From contig NC_058368.1 in the NCBI RefSeq assembly GCF_018350175.1, positions 164,426,001-164,490,000 on the forward strand: a stretch of 64,000 bases of DNA, in the 5' to 3' direction. This DNA comes from Felis catus. Its lineage: Eukaryota. Below, piece by piece: positions 26,268 to 38,708 of the stretch (its first letter is position 1; each line of letters starts with the position of its first letter). The position numbers and the translations under genes were made by a program. Under the pieces are notes generated by a model. That model ran no database searches. It saw only the letters and a list, made by a program, of their open reading frames with translations, and was not told the origin of the DNA.

Positions 26268-27340
26268 AAATAATTTATTTTTTTAATGTAGCATATTTTC
26301 ATTAGAAATTACTATGTAAGCTATCTGCAGGAACCTAGTGACACAAATGTTGGAATTGGGTAGATTTTAACACAAAATATTTAAGTGTTACGGTCTATGA
26401 ACAACTTGAGAATGCACACCCAGGGTAATTATATTTAAATTTTGAAATATTTCCAGCATATGTTTACCAAACAAAACACTTCTGTGGGACATAGTAAACT
26501 GGTTGGTTGGTGGTTTTTAACACTTGATTAAGATATTTCTAAAAATAAGTTCAAAGCCTAACTTATTAGATGTTTTCCTCTGTGTGTGTGTACGTTAAGT
26601 GTGTGTTATCATGTAGATGTAATTTTTTTTTCATTTTAAAGCAGCAGCCATTATTTTTACCAATTTTGGGGAGTGTTTACAAAATTATTGTTGCCTAAAC
26701 TGTCAGTACTACTTGACTCTTAGGTTTTTTTCAGCTCTATTTGAAATAACTATTTTTTCCTTTTTTCCTTTCTTTTTCTCAGAATAAATTCATAGAAGTG
26801 GAATTCCTGCATCAAAGTTATGATTATGTTCAAAACTCTTGAAACATTTTGCCAAATTACCCTCCAATCTGTGGTACATACAAATGGCCGTTTCAGTGTG
26901 CTCTTGCCAAGTTTTATGCCCTCATTTTCTCATTTATAACATGAAGACAACATTATTGCCTTACAATAACTATGTCACCACATAGGTTTGTTGTATTAAA
27001 TGAGTTAGTGATATGGAAAGTAAAATTTTTGCTGTTATTATTTTAAAATATAATAGTAAACATTTTTTCTCATTTTATTTAATTATTACAGAGATGGGAC
27101 ATATTTTCATATATGTCTTAGACATTTTGTTTCTTTTCTGTAGTGTCTATTCATATTCTTATAAATGGGTTTTGCTTATTCTTACTTTTATGTACTCTTT
27201 ATGCCATAAGGATGTTAACCCTATATCTGGATTAAACATTTCAAATATTTTCTTCACTTTTTGTCTTTGTATAGCAAATGCTTAATTTTTGTTGTTGTGT
27301 CATCATCTTTTTGTGTATATTTTTCCTTTTCTTTAGAAAG

Positions 27341-27808
27341 TGTTTTAGTTTTCTGTGGTTGCTGTAACATATTACCACAAAGAAGGTGGCTTTAAAATAA
27401 CAGTAATGCATTCTGTCACAGTTATGGAGACTGTAAGTCAACCAGATATTGACAGATTGGTTCCGTCTAGAGGATCTGAGAGAATCCATTTCCATGCGCT
27501 TTTTTTTTTTTTTTTTTTTGTAGCTTCTTGTGATTGCTAGTGATTCTTGCCATTCTTTGGCTTGTAGATTTTTCTGGCATCACTTCAGTCTCTGCCTCCA
27601 TCTTTACATGACCTTCTTTCCTATATGTGTATGGACTGTGTCCAAATTTCCTTCTTTACATAAGGACACCAATCATGTTGGATTTAGGGCCCATCTTAAG
27701 CCTCATCTTAAGTTTATTACATCTGCAATGGCACTGTTTCCAAATGAAATCAGCTTCATGGGTTCTAGATAGACACGAATTTTTGCAAGACACTATTCAA
27801 TATAGTGT
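27341..27808 (-). mobile_element. MaLR solo LTR (MLT1C-like)
   Basis: TGTTTTAGTTTTCTGTGGTTGCTGTAACATATTACCACAAA..AAGGACACCAATCATGTTGGATTTAGGGCCCA..GACACTATTCAA. Confidence 0.8.
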
Positions 27809-28110
27809 AAGAATTAATTTCATATTCTAAGATCACAAACATATTCATGCTGACATTCTATTTTTATGTTGCTTTTTTTTTACATTTAGTTCTTTAATCC
27901 ATCTGGTTGACCATTGTTTCCTGAGGTAACTAGTAAAAAAAATTAGTAGTGATTGGACTGAGGTATATTACCTTGAAGTTTAAGAATCATTCCATTTTTT
28001 TTTACGCAGTAGTAGAAAAGTAAAATATAAATGCACCATTTAAATATAAATAAGCAGTTTCATACACACACATACACAGAAATAAGGAACATTTTAAAAG
28101 GCAGTTTGAT

Positions 28111-28286
28111 GGGGGTACCTAGGTAGCTCAGTCAGTTAAGCATCTGACTGACTTGATTTCAGCTCAGGTCGTGATCTCACAGTTCATGGGATGGAGCCCT
28201 GCATCAAGGTCTGCACTGACAATGCGGAGCCTGTTTGAGATTCTCTGTCTCCTCTCTCTGCCCTCCCCCCCCCCCCCGCCCCACTG

Positions 28287-28317
<31 letters not shown>

Positions 28318-28357
28318 GTCTAAATTAATAAACATTAAATTTTAAAACTATATAAAA
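28111..28357 (+). mobile_element. Can-SINE (older)
   Basis: Head GGGGGTACCTAGGTAGCTCAGTCAGTTAAGC, (CT)n, A tail. Confidence 0.92.
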
Positions 28358-28504
28358 AAAGACATTTTCATGATTCAGATCTTATCTAAGAAATATCAGG
28401 CTTGGTTTCCGTTGTCTGTTGCAAAATAAATATTTCTCCCTCTTGGAAATCTCAGAATATACTAGATATTTCTCATCTCTTCTTGCCCCCACCTAAGATT
28501 TACA

Positions 28505-29225
28505 TTATTTTTTTAATTGTGGTTAAAAAAAATCTTATGATGTCTATTCTCTTAAATTTTTTAAGTATATGTACAGTATTATTAATGATAAGTAGAGTTA
28601 TATAGCAGATGTCTAGAAATTTTTCATCTCACAGGCCTTAAAACTTACCACCATTGAACATCAACTCACCATCCCCCTCCACTCCTACAGCCGTTGGCAG
28701 TCACCATTCACCTTTAAGCTTTGATGAGTTTGATTACATAAGATACCTAATATATATGAAATCATTCAGTATTGTCATTCTGTGACCATTTATTTCACTG
28801 GCCATACGGTCTTCCATCTTCATCCATACTGTAGCATATGACAGTATATTCTTTTTATGGCTGAATTGTATTCCATTGTGTATATTCCACATTTTCCTAC
28901 CTGCTTTGATGTAGCTGGTTTCATGCTCATCTGGGATGCAAGAGCCTCATGTTTGATATATGGATTTCTTTAGAGTACTTTTTTAAGTTTATATATTTTT
29001 AGGGGGGGGGGGAGAGAGCAAGCACAGAGCCCAGTGGGGGGCTCTATCTCACTGAGAGATCATGACCTGAGCTGAGATCAAGAGTTGGACATTTAACCAA
29101 CTAAGCCACCCAAGCACCCCTGGATTTCTTATAAAAGAAATCAATCCTTGTATTATTGTATGGTCTTCATCCTCACCATGAGAAGGCCTGGTGCTTTCTA
29201 TTTTGCCATACTGCTGACATCACCC
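28505..29225 (-). mobile_element. Old LINE-1 (L1MB-like) 3' end joined to an L1 5'-UTR-like segment
   Basis: 28505-28900 matches L1MB-type 3' UTR (TTCATCCATACTGTAGCATATGACAG). Reverse complement of 29185-29223, GTGATGTCAGCAGTATGGCAAAATAGAAAGCACCAGGCC, resembles an L1M 5' terminus. Confidence 0.55.
28971..29120 (-). mobile_element. Can-SINE, internally shortened
   Basis: TSD TGGATTTCTT at 28961-28970 and 29121-29130. Confidence 0.9.
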
Positions 29226-29799
29226 CTCTTTTTTCTTCTTTTACATGAATTATCCAATCAAGATGTGTGAAGATTATAGCACTTGAGTCCTCATATATGC
29301 TTTAAGTTAGAAAGAAAGAAGTATTTTAAATGAATAATTCAAGATTTAGAAGATTGACATCGAAAATGTGTCCCTTCTGTTTTTCTTACCTGATGTATTT
29401 CTCAATTAATCTTTTATTTTTCTCCATTAGCCTTTTATTTTTTTTTCATGCAGAAATGGTCTACCATGACTAATTTTTTAAAGTAAAATATAATAAATTG
29501 CATATAACAACCAAGAAAATATAAATATTTTTTTAATTATTTCTCCTCAAGGTTAATTTTTAGCTTTCTTTCTCTCTGTCTGTGTCTCTCTCTTTCTCTC
29601 TCTTTTTCTTTTTTTTTAGTCAAACTTTAAAAGATTTAAACTCTGTTTTCTTACTGTCCCTTTCCATCCATTCCTACACCGAATAATCCCTTAGGGACTA
29701 TCCCCAAGTAGTTATTACAGTATTTCTTATTACAATACAAATCCATTTTGTTTATGTTCTTAACCTTTCTGTTGTCCTTTTTGATTTCTCTAGTGTTAC

Positions 29800-31050
29800 T
29801 AGATTCTATTTATACCTTTGACTTCAACATGCATTCCTGGCTCTAGTCTTGTCTTTCTTATGGTAGCTTTATAGTCCCTCAAACACTCTTTCATTTTTGT
29901 TATATCTTACTTGTTAGAGTTTCAGCTTTCTTTCACCTTCCTAACCTTTACTGGGAAGTGCCCCCTTTTTTTTTTCTTAGCTTTAGCATTGCCTATATGA
30001 TAAGAACTCATATATTTTTATCTTTGAGCCATAAACTTCTATTGGATATTTCCACCTTGATATTCCAAGGTACAGCAAACTGGGTAGGTACAAAATTGAT
30101 ATCATTACCTTTATCCCCATCTGCTCCTTTAAAAGTGTTTCCTCTCTCAGTCAGTGACATTTGTTTTTTGTTTTTTGTTTTTGTTTTTATATATGAAATT
30201 TATTGACAAATTGGTTTCCATACAACACCCAGTGCTCATCCCAAAAGGTGCCCTCCTCAATACCCATCACCCACCCTCTCCTCCCTCCCACCCCCCATCA
30301 ACCCTCAGTTTGTTCTCAGTTTTTAACAGTCTCTTATGCTTTGGCTCTCTCCCACTCTAACCTCTTTTTTTTTTTTCCCCTTCCCCTCCCCCATGGGTTC
30401 CTGTTAAGTTTCTCAGGATCCACATAAGAGTGAAACCATATGGTATCTGTCTTTCTCTGTATGGCTTATTTCACTTAGCATCACACTCTCCAGTTCCATC
30501 CACGTTGCTACAAAAGGCCATATTTCATTTTTTCTCATTGCCACGTAGTACTCCATTGTGTCAGTCAGTGGCATTTGTATTCATCCCTTCCTCAAACTAA
30601 AAAACCTCCCCAAACATCTTTAGTTCTTATCACTTACTCTTTGTAGAGCTGTTAGGTTCCTTTTGGAATTTTTACCACCTATCATTCCCCTTACCATTTT
30701 ATCTGTTTCCCTATAATCCATTCTCTTTTATTCTGACAGAGTGATCTTCCTAAGATCCATTTTTTTTATGATTAATCATCTGCTAAATAACCTCACCGTT
30801 CCCCCATACACTTTCTTGGTAGCTTTAGGTGTATTAGTACCAAACCTATAGGTCCAAAATCATTAGGGTGACACATGAGATCACTTTTCAGTATTTTAAC
30901 TTAACCTTTCAGCCTCATGTTCTTTGCTTATTAGGACCCAGGCTATACTCTGAATATATGCTCTAGTTTTCATTATCTGCAATGGGCCCCACTCTCTTTC
31001 ATACCTCTTTGCCACTGAACATACTATTCCCTCTGAATGTCCTGCCTGGG
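29800..31050 (+). mobile_element. L2 relic, interrupted by a young L1
   Basis: L2-like GATATTTCCACCTTGATATTCC, CCTCTCTCAGTCAGTG, CAGAGTGATCTTCCTAA. Confidence 0.55.
30165..30560 (-). mobile_element. Young LINE-1 3' end (cat-type), heavily 5'-truncated
   Basis: TSD TCAGTCAGTG(A/G)CATTTGT at 30147-30164 and 30561-30578. T-rich tail. Near-identical to 56770-57141. Confidence 0.95.
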
Positions 31051-31177
31051 ATTTTCTGCCAAGAAAAGTAAAGAGATAATTTGTCCACTTAATTTTATCA
31101 TCATATCCTTACTTCCTACAGTAATAACTTTAGGCTATTTTTATAAAATTAGAACTAAAATGTGATGATTCTCTAAG

Positions 31178-31671
31178 AGGCTGTAGAAGTCTAAGAAATC
31201 TATCAATGAATTTTCCCTGGAATTTATACCCTTGTGGAACCCCTTCAACTTGTGTATGTCCTGACTTAATGACTGAATTCAAAGGAATAATATATTATTC
31301 CATGTCCAAGACTTGACAGAAATTCCATGTCCAAGATTAGATTAAAATACTAAGGCTTCAGCCTTGTGTCATTCTCTCTTGAACCCTCACTCTCCCTTGG
31401 ATTCTTTGCCTAGGGAAAGGCAGCTTCCATGCTATGAGTCACAGAAGGGCTAGGAACTTAGAAGAAAGCTCCTGAAGATATACAGATTTTAGGACATTAT
31501 TAAGTTCTTGCTACTATTCCCCTTGATAACCCAACAGACAGTTTGAATACCCTGCCACAGGTCCTGAGGACCAAGACTCCTAAGTATTGTCAGTAGCCCA
31601 GAACTGACCGTATCCCAAGCCCAGTGAAATTCCTAATCCAAGAATTGTTTTTTTAAATTCCTAATTAATAC
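31178..31671 (+). mobile_element. MaLR solo LTR (MLT1F-like)
   Basis: TATACCCTTGTGGAACCCC, GACTTAATGACT, GGGAAAGGCAGCTTCCATGCTATGAG, AATTCCTAATCCAAGAA..TAATTAATAC. Confidence 0.55.
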
Positions 31672-32325
31672 TATCTGACAATGAAGCTTCAAGTCACCTC
31701 AAAAAATTCCTTCAAATAGCCAATGAACTTTCTGATGCTGGTGTCCAATGAGAAGTCAGGATGTAGTGCTTTTCTCCTTCATTCAACACTCTTCTAAAAT
31801 CCCTGTATTCACACAACATTCATTTTCTTGTCCCTGAATATAGGGCGCTGTGCCAGCCTCTTACTAACAGGAGATCCTCAAACATTTTTAATAAGCTCAA
31901 ATTTTGCTTTAGAGGACAAATACAAGCTTAACTAATTTTGTTTTCAGAAGTCATTTATTCTGTCTTCCCTTTGTCCTTTTTATCCCACATTCAAATCTTG
32001 ATGTGCGATACCTGCAGGGACTGTTGTGTGCAATGGGGGTTTGGAAGACCAGCATAGATTATCTGCTGGGCATCTGTATCTTCACTTATGCTTTCTGTCA
32101 GCTTTCCTTTATCCAGCTGGGTTGCAATGAACAACTCTTCCTCTAACAAAGATTTGATATGAAATGTGAAATTTGGAGGGATCCCTAAAATACTACACAC
32201 CAAAATGAACTGCAAATCAAGAATTTGATGGTAGGCAGCAGGAAGAGATATCTCTCCCAGTATCCCCACTCTTGCTGCCCCACTGGCCCACCACCACCAT
32301 CAGGCCAACTCTGCTACACCTGGAC
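31672..32325 (-). pseudogene. Possible decayed retrocopy or coding-like relic, parent not identified
   Basis: mRNA-like composition. GC-rich CpG-decayed 5' end (TGATGGTGGTGGTGGGCCAGTGGGGCAGC on minus). 92-aa ORF 31991-32269, broken frames downstream. No poly-A or TSD found. Confidence 0.3.
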
Positions 32326-32513
32326 AAATGTCCATTTTTTAAATTCAAGATATATATGTTTATTCACTTTTAGATTTTGTTTATTTAATCTAAATAAAGT
32401 TGGAGCCATGCATGCTTTGGAAATAATCGTTACTATAGCTGGTCTTGGCTTTTGGCTAAAAACGAAGTCTTGTTTATTTTCCTCCTATTAGTAAAATGAA
32501 TTAGCTCAGTCTA

Positions 32514-32730
32514 TGTGTGTATTTGATATGTGTGTGTGTGTATATATATATGCATATATATATATACATATATACACATATATACATATATATACATATA
32601 TACACACATATACACATATATATACATATATACATATATACACATATAAACATATACATACACATATATATACATATATATAGACAATTATGTGTATATA
32701 TATATATAGTGTGTGTGTGTGTGTGTGTGT
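32514..32730. repeat. Compound (TG)/(TA)/(CATATA) microsatellite
   Basis: Direct reading. Confidence 0.95.
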
Positions 32731-33445
32731 AAAATATATTGTTTAATTTTTTTTATATAGAAAAGATGTATTTTCTACTTTGGCTATGGAGCCAAATTAC
32801 ACACAAAAAGAGAAACTTTTGTTATGTCATGATGCATCTCTATACAGTCAATAGAGATATAAAAATCTGCAATGAAATATAAAAGGTAAAACGGTAACTT
32901 GCCCTTTTTTGCATCTTAAAATCTCCAAAGAAAATTGAAGTGTTCATAAATCTTTATGAGTAGTGCACTTCACATACACACACACGCTCACACACACAAA
33001 GAATATATAATACTGTTAATAAAAATGGCCTTTGAATATTTGTGTATTTGAAGTACTGCTTAAATGGGGTGATACCTGAGATTTTTATTGTAGATCATTC
33101 TTTTATCAATTGTTTGATATAATGTAACAATTATTCATAACATGATACAGTTGAAACGGATTCACTAGGCAAATAATAACCTACGCTCTGCTTCTCCATT
33201 ATAATCCATGACTTTTATATTTATCCTTCAGATGAAAAATTTATTTAGGGATGTAGAAGAGGCACAAAATGCTTTGGTGAGTGGAATGTAATTTAGAGTA
33301 CATGTAAGAAGAGGAGCATCTAGCCTTACACCCAAATTACTCTCTTACCGGTCTCTAGTATCTCAGAGACACAGTAATGGAGGGAAATTTTTTTTGGGGG
33401 TTTTATTTTACTAGTAAAGTAGGTATTTGAGACAAAAAAAGTATT

Positions 33446-33518
33446 TTTTAATGTTTATTTTTGAAAGAGAGTGCAAGCAGGGGAGGGTTAGAGGGAGGAG
33501 GAGCCACCCAGGGACCCC
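33446..33518 (-). mobile_element. Can-SINE with large internal deletion
   Basis: Tail and (GA) part joined directly to GAGCCACCCAGGGACCCC. Degenerate TSD AAAAAAGTATTTTT / AAAGCAGTATCTTT. Confidence 0.75.
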
Positions 33519-34550
33519 AAAGCAGTATCTTTTTCAATGTGCTTCCTATGTGGTTTTCTTCTTTCCATAGGCATTGTTAGATATTCTTTCTATTTCACCT
33601 TCATAGAAAGTATTATCTCTTTATAATTTTCAATCCCTTAATTAGCATATTTTATCACAGTTGTTGAGTTATTTTTGCTGTTTCAGAAATCTATCCTTTT
33701 GGAATATTTACTATGGCACAAATTGTCCACACTTGTCTCACCCAAATCAGTTTTACATATGTGAATATTAGGTGAAACCAAACCAAAACTAAATAAATAA
33801 GTAAACAAGCAGAAAAAGGTAGCAGATAAAATTATAGCAGGTTATAAATATAGTAGATGCATTACAAAAGTACAGTAACACAAATCTAGGCTATAACAAC
33901 CATTTTTTGTCATCCATTTTCCAAGCCTTAGTATAATTTTTCAATTTCCTACCCTGAATTATTGATGGATTTCAAATCATTCTAAATAATTGGAAATAAT
34001 ATGATATAGATCACATAGAATTTATGAGTACTACATGCCATAAAATGCCTTGTTTTCATCTTCATTTTTAGTGTAAAAAGAAGTTAGAAAGGTGACAATG
34101 TTTTTTTTTTCTTCTTTACCGTGTAGTTATTTTCTCCAAGAGAGCTTGAGTTTTTGGTATTGAATGACTAGCAAAATAAATTCAAAGTATATTCACATCA
34201 TTGAAGTTATTCTTTTCAAAATAAAATGGAAAAATTTGAGCTGGTTTTCGTATACGGTTTCTGCAAAGAGTTTCTTTTCCAATTCTAAACATATATTGCC
34301 TATCACTAGCCCTATTAGCTTGCAAATGAGTGTGCTGTGTTCAGTCATAAATTTAAAGGTATATTGGATAGAAGTTATTCAGAACAGAAAAGAATGAAGA
34401 TGTAAAGTAAATCTGATGGTAATATTCATTGGTGCAACATGGGAAAATATAATGCTTGCTTTATTACAAAGTTTTCTTCTGACCAGAGGTTTTATTTTGT
34501 TTGGTGTTGTTATGATATTCACAGTAAGCTTTTTCCTGATAATATGAACT

Positions 34551-35033
34551 TGTGTGGGTGTACTGGATCTCTTCCATTTGTTTCCCCTGACCTGCTTCTC
34601 CCTCAGGATGTTGATTGTATGAACTACATCAATGGGCCGCTTTGCCCTTCAGTTTCTTATTTGATTTGACTAATCAGAGGAACCAGCAGGAGATGGGGGA
34701 CAGGGAAAGGAGGGTGAAGACTGGATTTGGGTTAGTTATTATCTGTTTCTCTTTCTGAGATAGAAATAGTTCATATTTTGGTTTTTTGTTTGTTTTGCTT
34801 TTTGCTGTTCCCTCTACTAACAGCCATAGTTTGTGCCAGGCAGTCTAACCCATAAAGCTCTCTGATTTGCCTAGATGTTGTAAAGTCTGCCTGTTCTTAT
34901 TATTTCCTGGTATACCACATTATCCTTTTTAGGTCTCCTTAATCCTTCCCCACGAATAAATAGTTATCTCTTTAACTCCTCAAAGCACCCAGTTTCAGTG
35001 CACCATATGTTTCTTGCCTTGAACCTGATTTAT
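34551..35033 (+). mobile_element. ERVL solo LTR (LTR33-like)
   Basis: TATGAACTACATCAATGGGCCGCTTTGCCCT..CCAGCAGGAGAT. End CACCATATGTTTCTTGCCTTGAACCTGA. Confidence 0.6.
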
Positions 35034-35899
35034 AAAGTGAGTTAGGACAATGAACATGCGCTTCTATAATAAGTTGTTATAGACTTGAAACATTAGTAGA
35101 GTGCTTGCAGTCATTCACCAAAGTATTTTAATACTCAACCTAAGAAATGGATTGTGAAGAATATTGCTTTGGTTTTTTTTGAGATTGTTCAGAAAAGTCA
35201 ATTAATGATGAGGGAAACTAGAGACCCTATATTAATATTTATTTTGTATATACATACACATATCCATAGACATATGTATACAAACACACATTACATATAT
35301 ATTTGTGGAACTAAATTCCTGTAACGTACTTAATTACATATCTTTATTTTATCCTTCTATATTTTCCACTGCAAAGTCCCAAGTTGGAACCCAAAATACA
35401 GCCAATTTCTGTCAGTCTGAGATTAATCCATCTCCTTACATGTAAGAGCTTGTGCTCACAAGACACTATTTGAGAAGAAAAATGAGACAAGGAAGACAAT
35501 TAAATACATTTCTACCCTTCATGGCTCCCAAAACCAGCTTCCAGTTTCTACCCATACAGCTACAACAGCTAGCAAATTGGCATGAGTTCTCAGTAGCTGA
35601 GGCATTGACGGTTGTTAATTCCAAAAAAAATTCAACTTCTTATTTAAAGCACAATAAGAAATAAGAACAAATGAAATTATATAAAATCCATATCTTCATC
35701 ATACCTAAAAGATAATCTTAATTTGATATTACCTGTGGGTTGAAAAAAAACAAGAAGTGACATAAATAAACAAACTCACAAGTGTGAGCCTTTGGGAAGT
35801 GCAAAAGAAATTTAGGGGAAAAGAATGTGCATGGAAGAGAGATGGTAGCCAGCAGAGAGTCTAAAATTAATCTCAAACCATCATCGGAAATGAGAGATC

Positions 35900-36700
35900 A
35901 CTTACTATATGAAAATAGAGATTACAGAGACAAGAATTATGAATACATGTTGGATGCTAATGTGCAATGGAGAGGGTAGAGGAAGGGAAGAGAACAGAAA
36001 GAGAAGGACATTTTTGGAATCAGCTTGGTGAAAACAAAAAGAAAAGAAATATTGAGTATATTCAAAGCAAAAGAGTTTTTTTTTTTTAATCAAAAGTCAT
36101 ACCACCCATCCCCTATTTCTTCATTCCCTCTTTAAAAAATCTGGTGAATAACCATACTTGGTTACAGAGACAGAAGTGGATACTTTTGAACCAGATTTTG
36201 AGCATTAGAAATTGCTAGTCCTTGCCCACAATGATGCAGAGTGTCAGACAGAATTAAAACGGTGAGAGAGATTAAAACGGTGACAGAATTAAAAAAAAAT
36301 GTGATGCTATACAATTCAGCTGGCAAAAAATTTTCCAGAAAAAAAAAAAAAACAGTGGTAAGACAGAGGAAAACTGTAACACAACACTTGAAAGTGTATG
36401 ATGTATCTTAAACCAGACATTTCTGGATTTGAAAAATCAACTTGAATCAGAAATTCAAAATAAAAACTATTACGTAAAAAATTAAAAAAAGGAAGAAATA
36501 AAACAAACTTGGTTGAATCAAGGAAAGGAATGAAAGAACTGAAAAAATCAGATCAGAAATGAACATGAAACTGCAACGGATCAAGGAAGAATAAATTTGA
36601 ATGAAACATGAAACATAATAAGGATAGATACATATATAAGCAGATGAAAGAAAAAGATACAGAGAGAAAGGGAGAGAAAATCAAGCAAAAACAGACACAT
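35900..36700 (+). mobile_element. HAL1/L1ME ORF1-like relic
   Basis: A-rich, coiled-coil-like coding decay, AATCAGAAATTCAAAA motif. Confidence 0.35.
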
Positions 36701-36858
36701 GGGTATAATGGTGACAACAGATGAATCTGGGTACAGGGTACATAAATGTTACTGGTATCCTTTCCCATAAGCTTTAAGGTTCACAATCTAGGGGGGTAAA
36801 AGCCACAGAAAATTTAAACAGTAACAACTTTTAATTCTTGTTTAAGCACTTTTAACCA

Positions 36859-37058
36859 GGGGGACTGGGTGAATCAGTCAGTTGAGCATACAACTCTTGT
36901 TTTCAGCTCACGTCATGGTCTCATGGTGGTGAGATCGAGCTGCTGGTGTTGGGCTCCACAGTGAGCGTGAAGCCTGCTTGAGATTCCCTCTTTCTCTCTC
37001 TCTCTGTCTGTCTGTCTGTCTCTCTCCTCTCCCCCCTCTGCCCCTTTCCCCTGCTTGT

Positions 37059-37117
<59 letters not shown>

Positions 37118-37125
37118 TAAAAATA
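36859..37125 (+). mobile_element. Can-SINE (older) with long (CT)n
   Basis: SINE head and body, GAAGCCTGCTTGAGATTCCCTCT, (CT)n, AAATAAAAATAAA. Confidence 0.9.
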
Positions 37126-37571
37126 AACACCTTAATCAGTCACAAGTTCTCTTCTGTTAATTGATGTTCTTCCACATAGTTGTAAAGTAATAATCTTTCA
37201 TAGGACATACTTTTTCAAGGCCATGTAGTCATTGATACTTTAATTTAGAAATATTTTCATTCTCCTTTGTGAATTACCTGTTCATATATTTTTTCCAATT
37301 GATTGTTGGATTAACTTTCATATTTACCACTGATTTGTAAATACTTTCAGTATATCAAAAGTGGTTTTAAGGAGAAAAAAAATAGTAAGGATCATGGAAT
37401 AAAAGGATTAAAAAAAAGGAAGAATAACAGCAGTATAAAATAAATTTAAAGAGAAATTTCTCTGAATGGAGCATAGCAAAATAAGATATCATGATAAAAA
37501 TTTTTAAATTGGAAAATAAATTCCATTCCCAGTTCAAAATGCTAAAAAAAAAAAAAGCATATGACAAAACA

Positions 37572-37780
37572 GGGGTGCCTGGGTGGGTCATCGAATTCTT
37601 GGTTAAGCATCGAATTCTTGATTGTGGCCCAGGTCATAATTTCATGATTCGTGTGATCAAGCGCCATGTGAGGCTCCATGCTGACAGTGTAAAGTACCTC
37701 TTCCTCCCTCCGTGCCCTTCCTCATGTTTATGTGCGTGCTCTCTCTCAAAATAAATAAATAAATAATTTAGAAAAATATA
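37572..37780 (+). mobile_element. Can-SINE (older, rearranged)
   Basis: GGGGTGCCTGGGTGGGTCA..CCAGGTCATAAT..CTCTCAAAATAAATAAATAAATAA. Confidence 0.88.
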
Positions 37781-38139
37781 TAAACATAAATTGAGGTAGA
37801 AAATGTAGAACAGTTTAATACATTCATATCTGAAACATTATTTACTTGAAAAAAAGTTAAAAAGATAAACTATGTGGTGACTTAATAAAGACCAATGAAC
37901 GAAAGCATAAATTCAGAGTACATAATGAAGAAAAAAATAGCTGCTGAAACAGAAGGAAAAATATCACAAGTGTCTGATATCGTCAATGACCACTGAAAAT
38001 GTTATTTAAATATATATTAGAATCCTTAAAATGCTTTCTCTTAAGGGACACATTGTTAAAATTGCTATTAATTTTCTGGGAATAATTTACACCTAAAGAA
38101 CACATATTCAAATAGAAGGTTTACGTTTTTATTTAAATG

Positions 38140-38372
38140 ATTTTTTTTCCTTTTTTTTTAAAAAAAAATTAACATGTTTATTTTCGAGTGACGGAGCGAG
38201 ACAGAGCACCACAGGGAAGGGGCAGAGGGAGAGAGAGACACAGAATCTGAAGCAGGTTCCAGGCTCTGGGCTGTCAGCGCAGAGCCCGATGCGGGGCTTG
38301 AAACCACGAACCATGAGATCATGACCTGAGCCGAAGTCAGCTGCTTAACTGACTGAGCCACCCAGGTGCCCC
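38140..38372 (-). mobile_element. Can-SINE
   Basis: Full body ending GAGCCACCCAGGTGCCCC. Confidence 0.95.
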
Positions 38373-38428
38373 ATGTTATTAATACTAGTGGTAGAAATAA
38401 TACTGCTTGTTAGTAATAACTATTACTA

Positions 38429-38430
<2 letters not shown>

Positions 38431-38466
<36 letters not shown>

Positions 38467-38708
38467 CACACACATATATATGTATATATATATATATATG
38501 TATTCTCTCTACGTCTATATATATATATATATATATACTCTTTCTCTCTATATATACTCTCTATACATATATATATATATATATATATACTCTATATATG
38601 TGTGTGTGTGTATATATATATATATATACTCTATATACGTATATATATATATATTATATATATATATATACACACACATATGTGTGTGTATATGTATAAA
38701 TATATATG
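38431..38708. repeat. Compound (TG)n/(TA)n microsatellite
   Basis: Direct reading. Confidence 0.95.

Noticed and set aside
31672..32325. Naming the retrocopy parent (considered KCMF1, RNF138, MAD2L1, NMD3, MORF4L2)
   Set aside because: Only scattered residue matches from memory that need many gaps. Not supportable without a database search.
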